This document shows positions 1 to 8,460 of a DNA stretch of 31,279 nt, in pieces. Position numbers and translations under genes: made by a program. The stretch is from a virus. Its lineage: Duplodnaviria; Caudoviricetes. Position 1 is the stretch's first letter; each line of letters opens with the position of its first letter. The stretch covers positions 1 through 31,279 of the IMG/VR virus record IMGVR_UViG_3300025276_000128; one strand, 5' to 3'. The notes under the pieces were generated by a model. It was not told the DNA's origin, did not search any database, and saw only the letters and a program-made list of their open reading frames with translations.

Positions 1-29
1 ACGGTCCTAAACGTAAAAATATTTTAATC

Positions 30-431
30 TTATTCTATTGTACCAGATAACTGAATACTAGATTTTAATTTTTTCCAATTCGTTATATCATTAGACATAA
101 CCGGTTTGCCACCCTTATCAACATTTACAGCAATAGTTACATGTGGAATATCTTTGTCAGAATAATAACCTTCAACTTTTACAGCAATTGCCATATCTGA
201 TATTCCGATTTCTGTTGCTTTGATAACTTTAGTTTTACCAATATCACCTTGTAGGTTTTGAGGTAAACCTTTATTTAAACTTATGGTCATATGATGTGCA
301 AATATCTTCCAGTCTTTTGGAACATATTCTTTTGTTTCTTTTATCAATTTTTCGTGTGAATCCTTGTCTAATGTTAGACCAACAAATTTATTACCTTTTT
401 TCTCGTTCAAAAATTCGTTTAGTCCTTTCAT
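30..431 (-). CDS. 2H phosphoesterase (LigT/CPDase/Acb1-like fold) with N-terminal capsid-targeting-like leader
   Basis: Two HxT motifs (AHHMTI, PHVTIAV) about 50 aa apart; starts MKGLNEFLNE. Confidence 0.75.
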   Translation of the reverse strand: MKGLNEFLNEKKGNKFVGLTLDKDSHEKLIKETKEYVPKDWKIFAHHMTISLNKGLPQNLQGDIGKTKVIKATEIGISDMAIAVKVEGYYSDKDIPHVTIAVNVDKGGKPVMSNDITNWKKLKSSIQLSGTIE

Positions 432-437
432 AACTAT

Positions 438-638
438 TTATTTTTCACAATCTTTGCAAGATTCACAGTCACAATCACAATCAACAGTTTTAAAACTACT
501 AATTAATCTTTGAACACCAAATCCAAGTGCAATTCCAAAAGGAAACCAATTTCCATAAAATGCAAATCCAGCCGCAACTGCAAATGCAAAAATCGAGTTG
601 AACCAACCCGAATTAACTACTTTTTTAATCTTATTCAT
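438..638 (-). CDS. small membrane protein with Cys-rich C-terminus
   Basis: Two hydrophobic segments, then DCDCDCESCKDC; packed between neighbours. Confidence 0.7.
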   Translation of the reverse strand: MNKIKKVVNSGWFNSIFAFAVAAGFAFYGNWFPFGIALGFGVQRLISSFKTVDCDCDCESCKDCEK

Positions 639-671
639 ATCTATTATTTATTTTTTAAAGAATTTTTCATA

Positions 672-884
672 TTACATTTCAAGTGTTGTCAGTAATCTAA
701 AAAGTTCATCTATATCTTTTGATTCTATTGCTTTTTCTAGTTTCATTCTATATGGATGAGACTTTGTAGTTTGACTTTTTTTTCTATTGATTCTATCAAT
801 TTTAGATTGTGCTAGTACAATAAGAGTATTTATATCTAGTTTTGATGTTGTTTGTTCGTTTAATATTTCGTTTAGTCCTTTCAT
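672..884 (-). CDS. putative capsid-internal protein (leader-tagged)
   Basis: Starts MKGLNEILNE; TAAATA 4 nt upstream of ATG. Confidence 0.7.
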   Translation of the reverse strand: MKGLNEILNEQTTSKLDINTLIVLAQSKIDRINRKKSQTTKSHPYRMKLEKAIESKDIDELFRLLTTLEM

Positions 885-887
885 ATA

Positions 888-1151
888 CTATTTAACTATC
901 TCATTATACATCTGAGTTGCCAATTGAGCAATTTCTGATTTAAAGGCCACTTTCATATCTTGAGGTAAATGACCGGCAAATTTCTCAACAACACTGTGAG
1001 CTTTGATTCCCATAATTATACCTTCTGCTTTTTCCTTTGATTCGGAAACTGCAATTCCAAGATATCCTTTCTTTACTAAACTTTGAATTTTAGTTTTAGT
1101 TCCTTTAACTGCAAAGAAATCTCCATCTTTTGATAATACGCAATATGCCAT
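888..1151 (-). CDS. hypothetical protein
   Basis: 87-aa ORF with ACTTACTACT-ATG leader resembling those of promoter-cassette genes. Confidence 0.75.
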   Translation of the reverse strand: MAYCVLSKDGDFFAVKGTKTKIQSLVKKGYLGIAVSESKEKAEGIIMGIKAHSVVEKFAGHLPQDMKVAFKSEIAQLATQMYNEIVK

Positions 1152-1185
1152 AGTAGTAAGTTTTAAGTTTAGTTATTTTAAGTTT

Positions 1186-1380
1186 TTAAGAATAAAGTCT
1201 CAAGTTCATGTATCGTTCTCCTTCTTTGAAATACCACGATTCTTTGACCCAATTTTCTTTTTCTAATGAATTGTATTCTACGATAAATTTGTAATCTTTT
1301 TCACTTACAAATGCTTTAGTATTAACTAAATTCTCATATCTTTGATATTCTGTTAAATTTTCGTAATCTAGTTCTGTCAT
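1186..1380 (-). CDS. hypothetical early protein (start moved to ATG at 1380, MTELDY)
   Basis: ORF-track TTG start lies inside the conserved leader; ATG follows TACTACAAAAA. Confidence 0.7.
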   Translation of the reverse strand: MTELDYENLTEYQRYENLVNTKAFVSEKDYKFIVEYNSLEKENWVKESWYFKEGERYMNLRLYS

Positions 1381-1407
1381 TTTTTGTAGTATTAAGTTAA
1401 ACAATAA

Positions 1408-1465
1408 GTTGATGACCTCATCAACAATTACAATGTACGAATAAATATTGACAATTGCAACTTTT
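1408..1465 (-). promoter_or_regulatory. repeated early promoter cassette copy 1 with 5' hairpin
   Basis: TTGCAA (1455-1460)-17 nt-TACATT (1432-1437); hairpin GTTGATG-AGGT-CATCAAC at 1408-1425. Confidence 0.75.
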
Positions 1466-1478
1466 AGAGCACATATGA

Positions 1479-2120
1479 TTAATTTATTTTTACTACTTTT
1501 TCACCTTGCAAAAAGTTGTTTTTTATTCCTTTAGTACATTTTTTATAAATCTTAATATCTTCAACAAGTAAACTTTCTATGTTATGCTCTTTAATGTAAT
1601 CCTTATTTCTGTCTTCGAAAACACTCATATCATCACAAAAATCAATTCTATTTCTAAATATTGTATTATCTGATATTGACTGTATTCTTGCTTGTTTGTA
1701 AAAGAAACCCTTACCTTCTAAAACTAAGTCCATTATGGTTTTGTTATCATATTTTGAAGTATTAGAAGTTGTTGACCATATTCCTGTATAAGAATTTTCG
1801 GCACCGTTAGATTCAAATTGGAAAAAACTTGCATCAATGTAATAGTTAACTCTTTTATGAGTAGGTTTTACAACTTCTGCTTTAGTAAGTGAATATTTTA
1901 CTTGATTGTAATTTTCACTTTTTAACCAGGCATTAAGTTTATCGTAGTGTTTTTTCATTGCAGTTTCCATATTTTTTTCTATGGAATGAACTTTAGTAAG
2001 TTCTACCCAGATTTTAGGAATCCAAGTATTCAACTTTACTATCACTTCTTTTACACCTTTATATGTATCGAACTCTATCAAAAAAGCTTTTTCTGTTTCT
2101 CTAATAACTGTATAATCCAT
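1479..2120 (-). CDS. hypothetical early protein (start moved to ATG at 2120, MDYTVIRETEKAFLI)
   Basis: ORF-track start lies within the promoter cassette hairpin; ETEKAxL start is common in phage proteins. Confidence 0.7.
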   Translation of the reverse strand: MDYTVIRETEKAFLIEFDTYKGVKEVIVKLNTWIPKIWVELTKVHSIEKNMETAMKKHYDKLNAWLKSENYNQVKYSLTKAEVVKPTHKRVNYYIDASFFQFESNGAENSYTGIWSTTSNTSKYDNKTIMDLVLEGKGFFYKQARIQSISDNTIFRNRIDFCDDMSVFEDRNKDYIKEHNIESLLVEDIKIYKKCTKGIKNNFLQGEKVVKIN

Positions 2121-2137
2121 ATATCTTGTTTTTATCT

Positions 2138-2197
2138 TTGTTGGTAACCTCACCAACAATTACAATATACGAATAAATATTGACATTTGCAACTTTT
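2138..2197 (-). promoter_or_regulatory. repeated early promoter cassette copy 2 with 5' hairpin
   Basis: TTGCAA (2187-2192)-17 nt-TATATT (2164-2169); hairpin TTGTTGGTG-AGGT-TACCAACAA at 2138-2159. Confidence 0.75.
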
Positions 2198-2204
2198 TAG
2201 GCAT

Positions 2205-2239
2205 AAGAAAACCGATAAATCAAAGAAATATCGGTTTTC
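2205..2239 (-). terminator. intrinsic terminator
   Basis: Inverted repeat GAAAACCGATA/TATCGGTTTTC with T-rich 3' end, downstream of 2265..2750. Confidence 0.6.
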
Positions 2240-2264
2240 ATTTTAACTTTTTTAAGTTATATTT

Positions 2265-2750
2265 TTATTTAATCAACATAATTTGTTTTGGTTCAAATGC
2301 AACATATTCTGCTTTATACATTTGTTTTCCTACTTGAATGCCATCGAAACCTTTTCCTTTTACCATATTTGTCCACTTTTCAAGTTCTTTATCCGTTTGT
2401 CTGCCAGGTAGTTGTCTACTGAACCAATCGCTATCTCTTATTAGTGGATTTTGTATTGATAGATAACAACTAAGAACAACTGGTTTTCCTTTTCCTTGTA
2501 TTTCAACAGACTGTTTTGCATATTCCAATGCAAGTAGTCTATCAGGTGTAAAATAGAAACCTTTACCATACATTCCCCAATCAGTTTTTCCAAAATCATT
2601 ATAACTGAAAGTATTAAAATGTACATTTGTTCCGTGATATACAATCAACGGTTTACCATCGTGGTCTAGCACTTTAGAATCCTTGAACCATTCGAAAAAA
2701 GTTTTATCTAATTTTGAACTTTCGTTTAGATATTCGTCTAATCCTTTCAT
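2265..2750 (-). CDS. ADP-ribosyltransferase-like domain protein (polyvalent-protein ART type) with capsid-targeting-like leader
   Basis: PLIVYHGT, YGKGFYFT, A.EYA, YL.IQNPL, GFDGI and EYVAFEPKQI motifs; starts MKGLDEYLNE. Confidence 0.7.
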   Translation of the reverse strand: MKGLDEYLNESSKLDKTFFEWFKDSKVLDHDGKPLIVYHGTNVHFNTFSYNDFGKTDWGMYGKGFYFTPDRLLALEYAKQSVEIQGKGKPVVLSCYLSIQNPLIRDSDWFSRQLPGRQTDKELEKWTNMVKGKGFDGIQVGKQMYKAEYVAFEPKQIMLIK

Positions 2751-2753
2751 TCG

Positions 2754-3296
2754 TTACTTTAATTTTCTATAAACTACATCAGCTTCTCCGTATAATGCTT
2801 TGAATGAACCGTCTGGATCATATTTTGGATCATATTTGTCTCTGTCGTATTCAACAAAACCTAAATTAGAATAGAAATCATCTAATCTTCCTGAAAAGTG
2901 GTCTAAAACTTTAGCCCCTTGTTCGATTGCATATTTTACAACATCATCACCTACTAATCCTACACCGCGTTCGTTTTTGTGGACAGCAACAAGTTCTTGA
3001 AATTTACCATCTTTCTTTTTTAATGCAAATCCAATATTATATCCTTTCAACTTATATAGTTTCATTTTTTTCAATTGAGGAATACTATAATCTGTAAGCA
3101 TTTTTTGATGTTTAGATTTACCCAAAGAGTTTTTGAATTCTGTTGGATTAGTGTCAAATTCTCCATTTTTAATCAATTCTAAAACTTCTGATTTTCCTTT
3201 ACCTTCATCTAAACTAAAAAAGTCTTCCATAATCATATGAAAAGCCATTTTATTTCTATATTCGTTGTATTCTTTTAATTCGTTTATTGTTTTCAT
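2754..3296 (-). CDS. GNAT-like acetyltransferase with variant leader
   Basis: ELVAVH..ERGVG.VG...VKYAIEQGAKVLDHF...LDDFYSNLGF resembles GNAT motifs A/B; starts MKTINELKEYNE. Confidence 0.55.
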   Translation of the reverse strand: MKTINELKEYNEYRNKMAFHMIMEDFFSLDEGKGKSEVLELIKNGEFDTNPTEFKNSLGKSKHQKMLTDYSIPQLKKMKLYKLKGYNIGFALKKKDGKFQELVAVHKNERGVGLVGDDVVKYAIEQGAKVLDHFSGRLDDFYSNLGFVEYDRDKYDPKYDPDGSFKALYGEADVVYRKLK

Positions 3297-4069
3297 TAAT
3301 CAAATATTTTTTTCATTACCTTATTTAATTCTAACAATTTCTTGTAATCAACTTTGTCATTTTCGATAAACAATTTTCTATTAACTTCAATCATTATACT
3401 ATGAACATTTTTATCTAATTTATAACATTTCAAAGGTACAATAGTTCCACCATAAGGATTGTTGATTTTAACAGTATATCCTAAATTCTCAAAATATATC
3501 CTTACTTGGTCAGATAACCATTTTGGTGTATGAAAATCATCTGTACCTAAACAAATATCTGGTCTATTAGGTTCTTTAATCAAATCGGTTTCAAATGGTG
3601 TATCACTAAAAGAATGGCAATCAATTATAGTTGCAACTCCACGTTTGTATATTTTATCAAATACAGCATTTTCAAGTTCATCGTGATGTCTATCATACAA
3701 ATGCTTAACATCATCTTTGCACGAATTATCATTTCTTAAATCTCTACCATCATCTGTTTTTGTATAATAGAACCCTCTACCGAATTGAAACATTTCTTCT
3801 TGTTCGTCAGGTAATCTTTCTACATCACAATAAATTCTATTATATTTGAATTTGTGTTGTGTGACATCACTTCCTAAGTCGAATATAACATCTGTTCCGA
3901 TATCGGTCAGTTTTAAGATTTCGTCATCTATCTCTTTATCGTTTAGTAAAAATTCACTTCTATCTGGAATAGACACACTTGCGTGTGGGATGTGCATAAT
4001 TAAAGTTTCTTTAAATTCATCTTTGAATAAATCGTTACCAAGTATCGTATTATTTTTTATATCGCTCAT
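3296..4069 (-). CDS. N-formylglutamate amidohydrolase family protein
   Basis: HIPHAS, TD, RIYCDVER, IIDCHSF, PDICLG, NNPYGG and IMIEVNR motifs. Confidence 0.85.
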   Translation of the reverse strand: MSDIKNNTILGNDLFKDEFKETLIMHIPHASVSIPDRSEFLLNDKEIDDEILKLTDIGTDVIFDLGSDVTQHKFKYNRIYCDVERLPDEQEEMFQFGRGFYYTKTDDGRDLRNDNSCKDDVKHLYDRHHDELENAVFDKIYKRGVATIIDCHSFSDTPFETDLIKEPNRPDICLGTDDFHTPKWLSDQVRIYFENLGYTVKINNPYGGTIVPLKCYKLDKNVHSIMIEVNRKLFIENDKVDYKKLLELNKVMKKIFD

Positions 4070-4119
4070 AGTATTACTTTCTATAAGTTAAAGGTAAAAA
4101 CTATAATAAATATTTTAAA

Positions 4120-4159
4120 AAACACAAAAAGACCAAGAAGAATAAATCCTCTTGGTCTT
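4120..4159 (-). terminator. intrinsic terminator after nrdA
   Basis: AAGACCAAGA/TCTTGGTCTT stem followed by T-tract on minus strand. Confidence 0.7.
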
Positions 4160-4180
4160 AACTTGTTACATATCAATTAC

Positions 4181-6721
4181 TTATAAAGTACAAGCACCTC
4201 CATCGCAACCACTTTCCATCGGGTCGTCTTCTGTTGGTAAGTCTTCTAAAGTTTCATTTAATTGATTAGTAAAATCTTCAGTTTTATTATCAAAGGTATT
4301 TGCATAATAAAGTTGTTTTCCACCATATGCATAAAACCTTAGTAAGTCATCAGCTAAAACATCCATAGGAACTCTACCATCTTCCCAATCCTGTGGGTCA
4401 TAATAATGATTACAACTTAATGCTTGGTCAGTCCATTTTTGAATAACACTATGAATATTTATAATACCTTCGTTAGTTTCCATGTCAAATGCATAAGTAT
4501 ATTTGTTCTTGTACTTTGAATATCCTGGAATAACCATCTTGATTGCACCGGCTTTACTTGTCTTAACTTGAATAGGTGTTCTAGGTGGTTCAAATCCATT
4601 TGTACTATTAGAAATTACAGAAGAACTTTCTACTGGCATATGTGCATTTAATGTACTATGTCGCATTCCATATTCTTCAATATTTTTTCTTAAAGAATCC
4701 CAATCTAAATCTAATTTTCTATTGACAAGTTTATCTACATTTTTATTGTAATTGTCAATTATCAATTCTCCTTTAGAAAATCTAGTTTTATGATAGTAAT
4801 CACAAACACCCTTTTCTTTTGCCATATCATTACTAGCTTTTAAACAATAATATGTAAAGTGTTCGAACAACCTATCAATTTCTACTAATGCATTTTGATC
4901 TTCATAATCAAAACCTTTCTTTGCCATCCAATATGCAAAGTTAGTAACTCCAATTCCTATACTTCTACGTTTTAACATTTTTAGTGCAGCAAACATAGGA
5001 TATTCTTGTTTATCAATAACCCATTCTAAAGTATCAACAATGTTTTTAGTAACTCTTTCAAGGTCTTTATAATCTCTAATTTTACCTAAGTTGACAGCTG
5101 CAAGTGTACACAATGCAATTTCAGCTGGTTTATCACCATAAACTAATTCTGCTTTTATTTTAATGTAATCTCTTAGTGATGCATCTTCTTTTCCATAAGA
5201 TAAATGTAAATCAGTTCTCCCTGTTGATTCGTGAATGATCTCATCTTCTGAACCAAAGGATTGTCCTGTAATGTAAACATCATTTGTTTTTAACCAAGTT
5301 TCTAATTCTTCTTTTTTATTAGTATCAACAATTAAGTATCTATCAACTAACTTACCATCGTCTTCATGATTCAGTGGACTTGTAGGTAATGTTATTTCTT
5401 GGCATAAATTACTCATCGTAATTCTATTACCATTTTCTGTATCAAAAGTACTATGCGAATTGGCATTGTCTATATTCATAATATAGATTCTTCCTGTTTC
5501 AAATCTTTCTTGAATAATATCACCTATCAATTCTCTAGCTGAAACTAATTCTTTAGGAATTGATTCATCTCTTTCATATTTCAAATATAAGTCATCAAAC
5601 TTTTCAAGACCGAAATTGTCATACAATCCTGGAACATCATTAGGAGAAAATAAAGTAATCAAATCATTTTCAACAAATCGTTGCCAAAAAATCTTAGAAA
5701 ATTGAATACTATAATCTAATTTTCTAACTCTTTTTTCATCAGAACCTTTGTTATTTTTTAAAACAATAATATCTGCAATTTGTTTATGCCAAATTGGAAT
5801 GTGTGCAGTTCCACCACCACCTCGTAGTCCATTTTGATGAACTGCCTTTGTGTTAGTTTCGAATGTTTTCAAGAAAGGAATTAATCCTGTGTGAATAACA
5901 TCACCATTTCTAATTTCATCACCTACTGCTCTAATTCTACCTACATTCATACCGATTCCGGCACGTTTTGCTGTATAACTTACAATTGCATTAGAAGTCG
6001 AATTGATTGATTTAATCGAATCATCACATTCGATGAGAGTACACGAACTATATTGTGTCGTATTCGTTCTAATCCCAGATACAACTGGTGTTGACAATGA
6101 AATATAAAATTCTGAATAGTCATTATATTTTGATTTAATATCTTGAAATCTTTTTCTTTTGTCTTGAATGCCAGCCGAAACACACATCGCAATTGCGATA
6201 TACATAAATTGAGGAGTTTCGAATATTTCATCTGATTTTCTATTTTTTATTAAGTACTTATCGGACATTTGTCTTATACTTGCATAGGTATAATCCCAAT
6301 CTTTTTTGTGATTTAATATTTTATTACCTATGTCTTGAATTTCTTCTTTAGTATAATTTTCTAAAATTTCTTTAGTGTACCAATTCCTATCTTGCATATT
6401 TTTTAAATGGTCGTGCAAAGTAGGTAGATATTTAAACGTATTGAAAACTTTCTTTCTCAAATACATATTGTAAAGTTTACCTGCTACTAAATCGTAGTTA
6501 GGCGTTTCTTCACATATCAGATCAACACAAGAACTTATAAGAACTTGTTGAATATCAGAACTTGTTATTCCGTCATAGAATTGGATATTGGCATTCATAC
6601 CAATTTCCGATGCACTAACATCCGAAATATCCGCAGTTGCCCAAAGTAAAACTTTGTTTATCTTTTCGATATACAATGGTTCTTTCGATCCATCCCTTTT
6701 AATAATCATTATATTATCCAT
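4181..6721 (-). CDS. nrdA: ribonucleoside-diphosphate reductase class Ia alpha subunit (ATP cone), with ~75-aa insertion
   Basis: IIKRDG ATP cone, ETPQF, QYSSC, QNGLRGG, SNLCQEI, EIALCTL, MPVESSS, LYY, C-terminal CDGGAC; ATG start at 6721 overlaps upstream gene end. Confidence 0.97.
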   Translation of the reverse strand: MDNIMIIKRDGSKEPLYIEKINKVLLWATADISDVSASEIGMNANIQFYDGITSSDIQQVLISSCVDLICEETPNYDLVAGKLYNMYLRKKVFNTFKYLPTLHDHLKNMQDRNWYTKEILENYTKEEIQDIGNKILNHKKDWDYTYASIRQMSDKYLIKNRKSDEIFETPQFMYIAIAMCVSAGIQDKRKRFQDIKSKYNDYSEFYISLSTPVVSGIRTNTTQYSSCTLIECDDSIKSINSTSNAIVSYTAKRAGIGMNVGRIRAVGDEIRNGDVIHTGLIPFLKTFETNTKAVHQNGLRGGGGTAHIPIWHKQIADIIVLKNNKGSDEKRVRKLDYSIQFSKIFWQRFVENDLITLFSPNDVPGLYDNFGLEKFDDLYLKYERDESIPKELVSARELIGDIIQERFETGRIYIMNIDNANSHSTFDTENGNRITMSNLCQEITLPTSPLNHEDDGKLVDRYLIVDTNKKEELETWLKTNDVYITGQSFGSEDEIIHESTGRTDLHLSYGKEDASLRDYIKIKAELVYGDKPAEIALCTLAAVNLGKIRDYKDLERVTKNIVDTLEWVIDKQEYPMFAALKMLKRRSIGIGVTNFAYWMAKKGFDYEDQNALVEIDRLFEHFTYYCLKASNDMAKEKGVCDYYHKTRFSKGELIIDNYNKNVDKLVNRKLDLDWDSLRKNIEEYGMRHSTLNAHMPVESSSVISNSTNGFEPPRTPIQVKTSKAGAIKMVIPGYSKYKNKYTYAFDMETNEGIINIHSVIQKWTDQALSCNHYYDPQDWEDGRVPMDVLADDLLRFYAYGGKQLYYANTFDNKTEDFTNQLNETLEDLPTEDDPMESGCDGGACTL

Positions 6722-6962
6722 TAGCAAGTATTATTTTTTGTATCAATTGAATAACAACATCCGGTGTGGTATCGTATTTCAATCGCAATTCATCTAAAAA
6801 CTTTAGTTCTTTATCCCTAAGTTCTTCCATAGTTTTCAATTCTTCTTGAATTTCTGTTTGAAGAATTGTTAATTCATCTTTATACCCTGATACCTTGTCC
6901 GCACGTTTCTTGTAGTTTTTTGCAAAATCTAAAACTTTCTGTTCATCTTCTTTACTAATCAT
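6714..6962 (-). CDS. hypothetical coiled-coil protein
   Basis: 82-aa ORF overlapping the nrdA start. Confidence 0.75.
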   Translation of the reverse strand: MISKEDEQKVLDFAKNYKKRADKVSGYKDELTILQTEIQEELKTMEELRDKELKFLDELRLKYDTTPDVVIQLIQKIILANG

Positions 6963-6963
6963 A

Positions 6964-7827
6964 TTATCTAAATGTTTTAAATGCTATTTCTATTTCTTTA
7001 TTCATATCAATACATTCTATGAATGCATCTTTTTTTCTCTTATATTTTTCGTTTGCTGTATGAATTATCCATTTTTCTCCTGGTTTAAACCCTGTCAAAT
7101 CGCAAGCCATTTTTTGATAGCCAGATAGTTGTGCAGAATACTTTGAAAAGTTACAGTCTTTGAACTTTCTAAATACGCCACTCATTACTTTATTCATAAA
7201 AGAAGTTTTTTCTATTTTCTTGTTTGTTTTATAATCAAGAATATGTATAACTCCTTTATCGAAAATAGGTAAATCAATAAGACCACATAATTGACTTTCG
7301 TGGTCCCATACCATTATTTCTGGTATTACACAAACATCATCTTTAGTAACATCTAATATTGTTTTATTCATATATGGATAGTATTTACCCTCCCAAGTAA
7401 TTCCATTTTCTATAACATCCTTTTCTCTTTTGTCGTGTTCAATTGAACCTTCATTTGTCGAGTTCGCCCAATCAGCTAAAATGTTTTCCTTTTCTTTTAC
7501 TATTTTTGCACCTAATGTTGGATTTGATTCACAAATCTTTTCATAAAATAAATGCACCTTAGACCAGGCCGTAAAATTACTTTCGTTTAATTTTGATACT
7601 ATAAGTTTTTTTAAGTCTTTAAACTTTTGTTCAGGTAAAGAATTTTTGATTGCTTTATATTTAGCCGTTTCGTCAGCTTTAAAAGGAGCACAAAAATCTT
7701 TAAGAAAAGTTGTCATTCCGGTATATTTTACACCATCAGCATTGTAATATGCATGTTCCTTTTCGTAGAATACAAGTCCTCCCCGCTTTCGCAAGTCAAC
7801 ATCTCTGTTGGGTAAAATATTATCCAT
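6964..7827 (-). CDS. PD-(D/E)XK nuclease (RecB/Cas4-like exonuclease superfamily)
   Basis: HAYY..YTGMTT, GSIEH, E..GLIDL..ILDYKT, YSAQLSGY. Confidence 0.8.
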   Translation of the reverse strand: MDNILPNRDVDLRKRGGLVFYEKEHAYYNADGVKYTGMTTFLKDFCAPFKADETAKYKAIKNSLPEQKFKDLKKLIVSKLNESNFTAWSKVHLFYEKICESNPTLGAKIVKEKENILADWANSTNEGSIEHDKREKDVIENGITWEGKYYPYMNKTILDVTKDDVCVIPEIMVWDHESQLCGLIDLPIFDKGVIHILDYKTNKKIEKTSFMNKVMSGVFRKFKDCNFSKYSAQLSGYQKMACDLTGFKPGEKWIIHTANEKYKRKKDAFIECIDMNKEIEIAFKTFR

Positions 7828-8042
7828 TATTTTATTTTTTTAGTAAAGTGGTTGCAAAATTTAAAAAATTCTTGCATAGATTTATCTGTATGTAATGATT
7901 CAAATACCTTTTTATTTTTAGAATTTTTCTTAGAATCTAATACAAAAATATTGTACTTTCTATTTTTCTTAATCATTTTGATCTCAACCCCTTCGTTTGT
8001 AAGGAATTCTACTATGCTTTCTTCTTTCGGTTTATTTTTCAT
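7827..8042 (-). CDS. hypothetical protein
   Basis: Translationally coupled ORF in minus-strand operon. Confidence 0.65.
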   Translation of the reverse strand: MKNKPKEESIVEFLTNEGVEIKMIKKNRKYNIFVLDSKKNSKNKKVFESLHTDKSMQEFFKFCNHFTKKIK

Positions 8043-8364
8043 TTGAGAATTCCTTTTTAGATTTGTCTATTGTTGTTGAAATTGTTTCCATAAATTTTTC
8101 AATGTCAGATTTCATTTTATCTATCATAACTATATTGTCATCATCTTTTATCAAATTAAACATTTCTATCATGGTAGTAAGTTTAGTTACTAGAATTATG
8201 TAATCTATTTTTTCTTTCTTTATAGCTTCAATTATTTTCGATTCACCATCATCCTCAAAAATTTGTATCTTGAAAGATATCTTTTCAATGGCTTCGGTTA
8301 ATGTTCTTTTAGAAACTACATTTTCTAAATATTCTTTTACTAAAGATGTGCTTTGTTTACCCAA
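8032..8364 (-). CDS. hypothetical protein
   Basis: 110-aa helical ORF, first gene of operon divergent from the terminase. Confidence 0.7.
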   Translation of the reverse strand: MGKQSTSLVKEYLENVVSKRTLTEAIEKISFKIQIFEDDGESKIIEAIKKEKIDYIILVTKLTTMIEMFNLIKDDDNIVMIDKMKSDIEKFMETISTTIDKSKKEFSNEK

Positions 8365-8450
8365 TTTTGTTTAAGTTTTTTTACTATACCTATTAAAGAA
8401 TAAATATGACCATAATATTTTAAAGTCTGTATTGATTTATTTAATTTAAG

Positions 8451-8456
8451 TAAATA
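8451..8456 (+). promoter_or_regulatory. putative T4-like late promoter core (TAAATA)
   Basis: TAAATA 4 nt before the terminase ATG; same box precedes many late-type genes. Confidence 0.45.
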
Positions 8457-8460
8457 CTGT

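Noticed and set aside
5123-5371. Intein or group I intron in nrdA
   Set aside because: No intein splice residues, no homing-endonuclease motifs, and the reading frame is uninterrupted.
6964-7827. cas4 of a CRISPR-Cas system
   Set aside because: No Fe-S Cys cluster pattern, no other cas genes and no array; it fits a generic phage PD-(D/E)XK nuclease.
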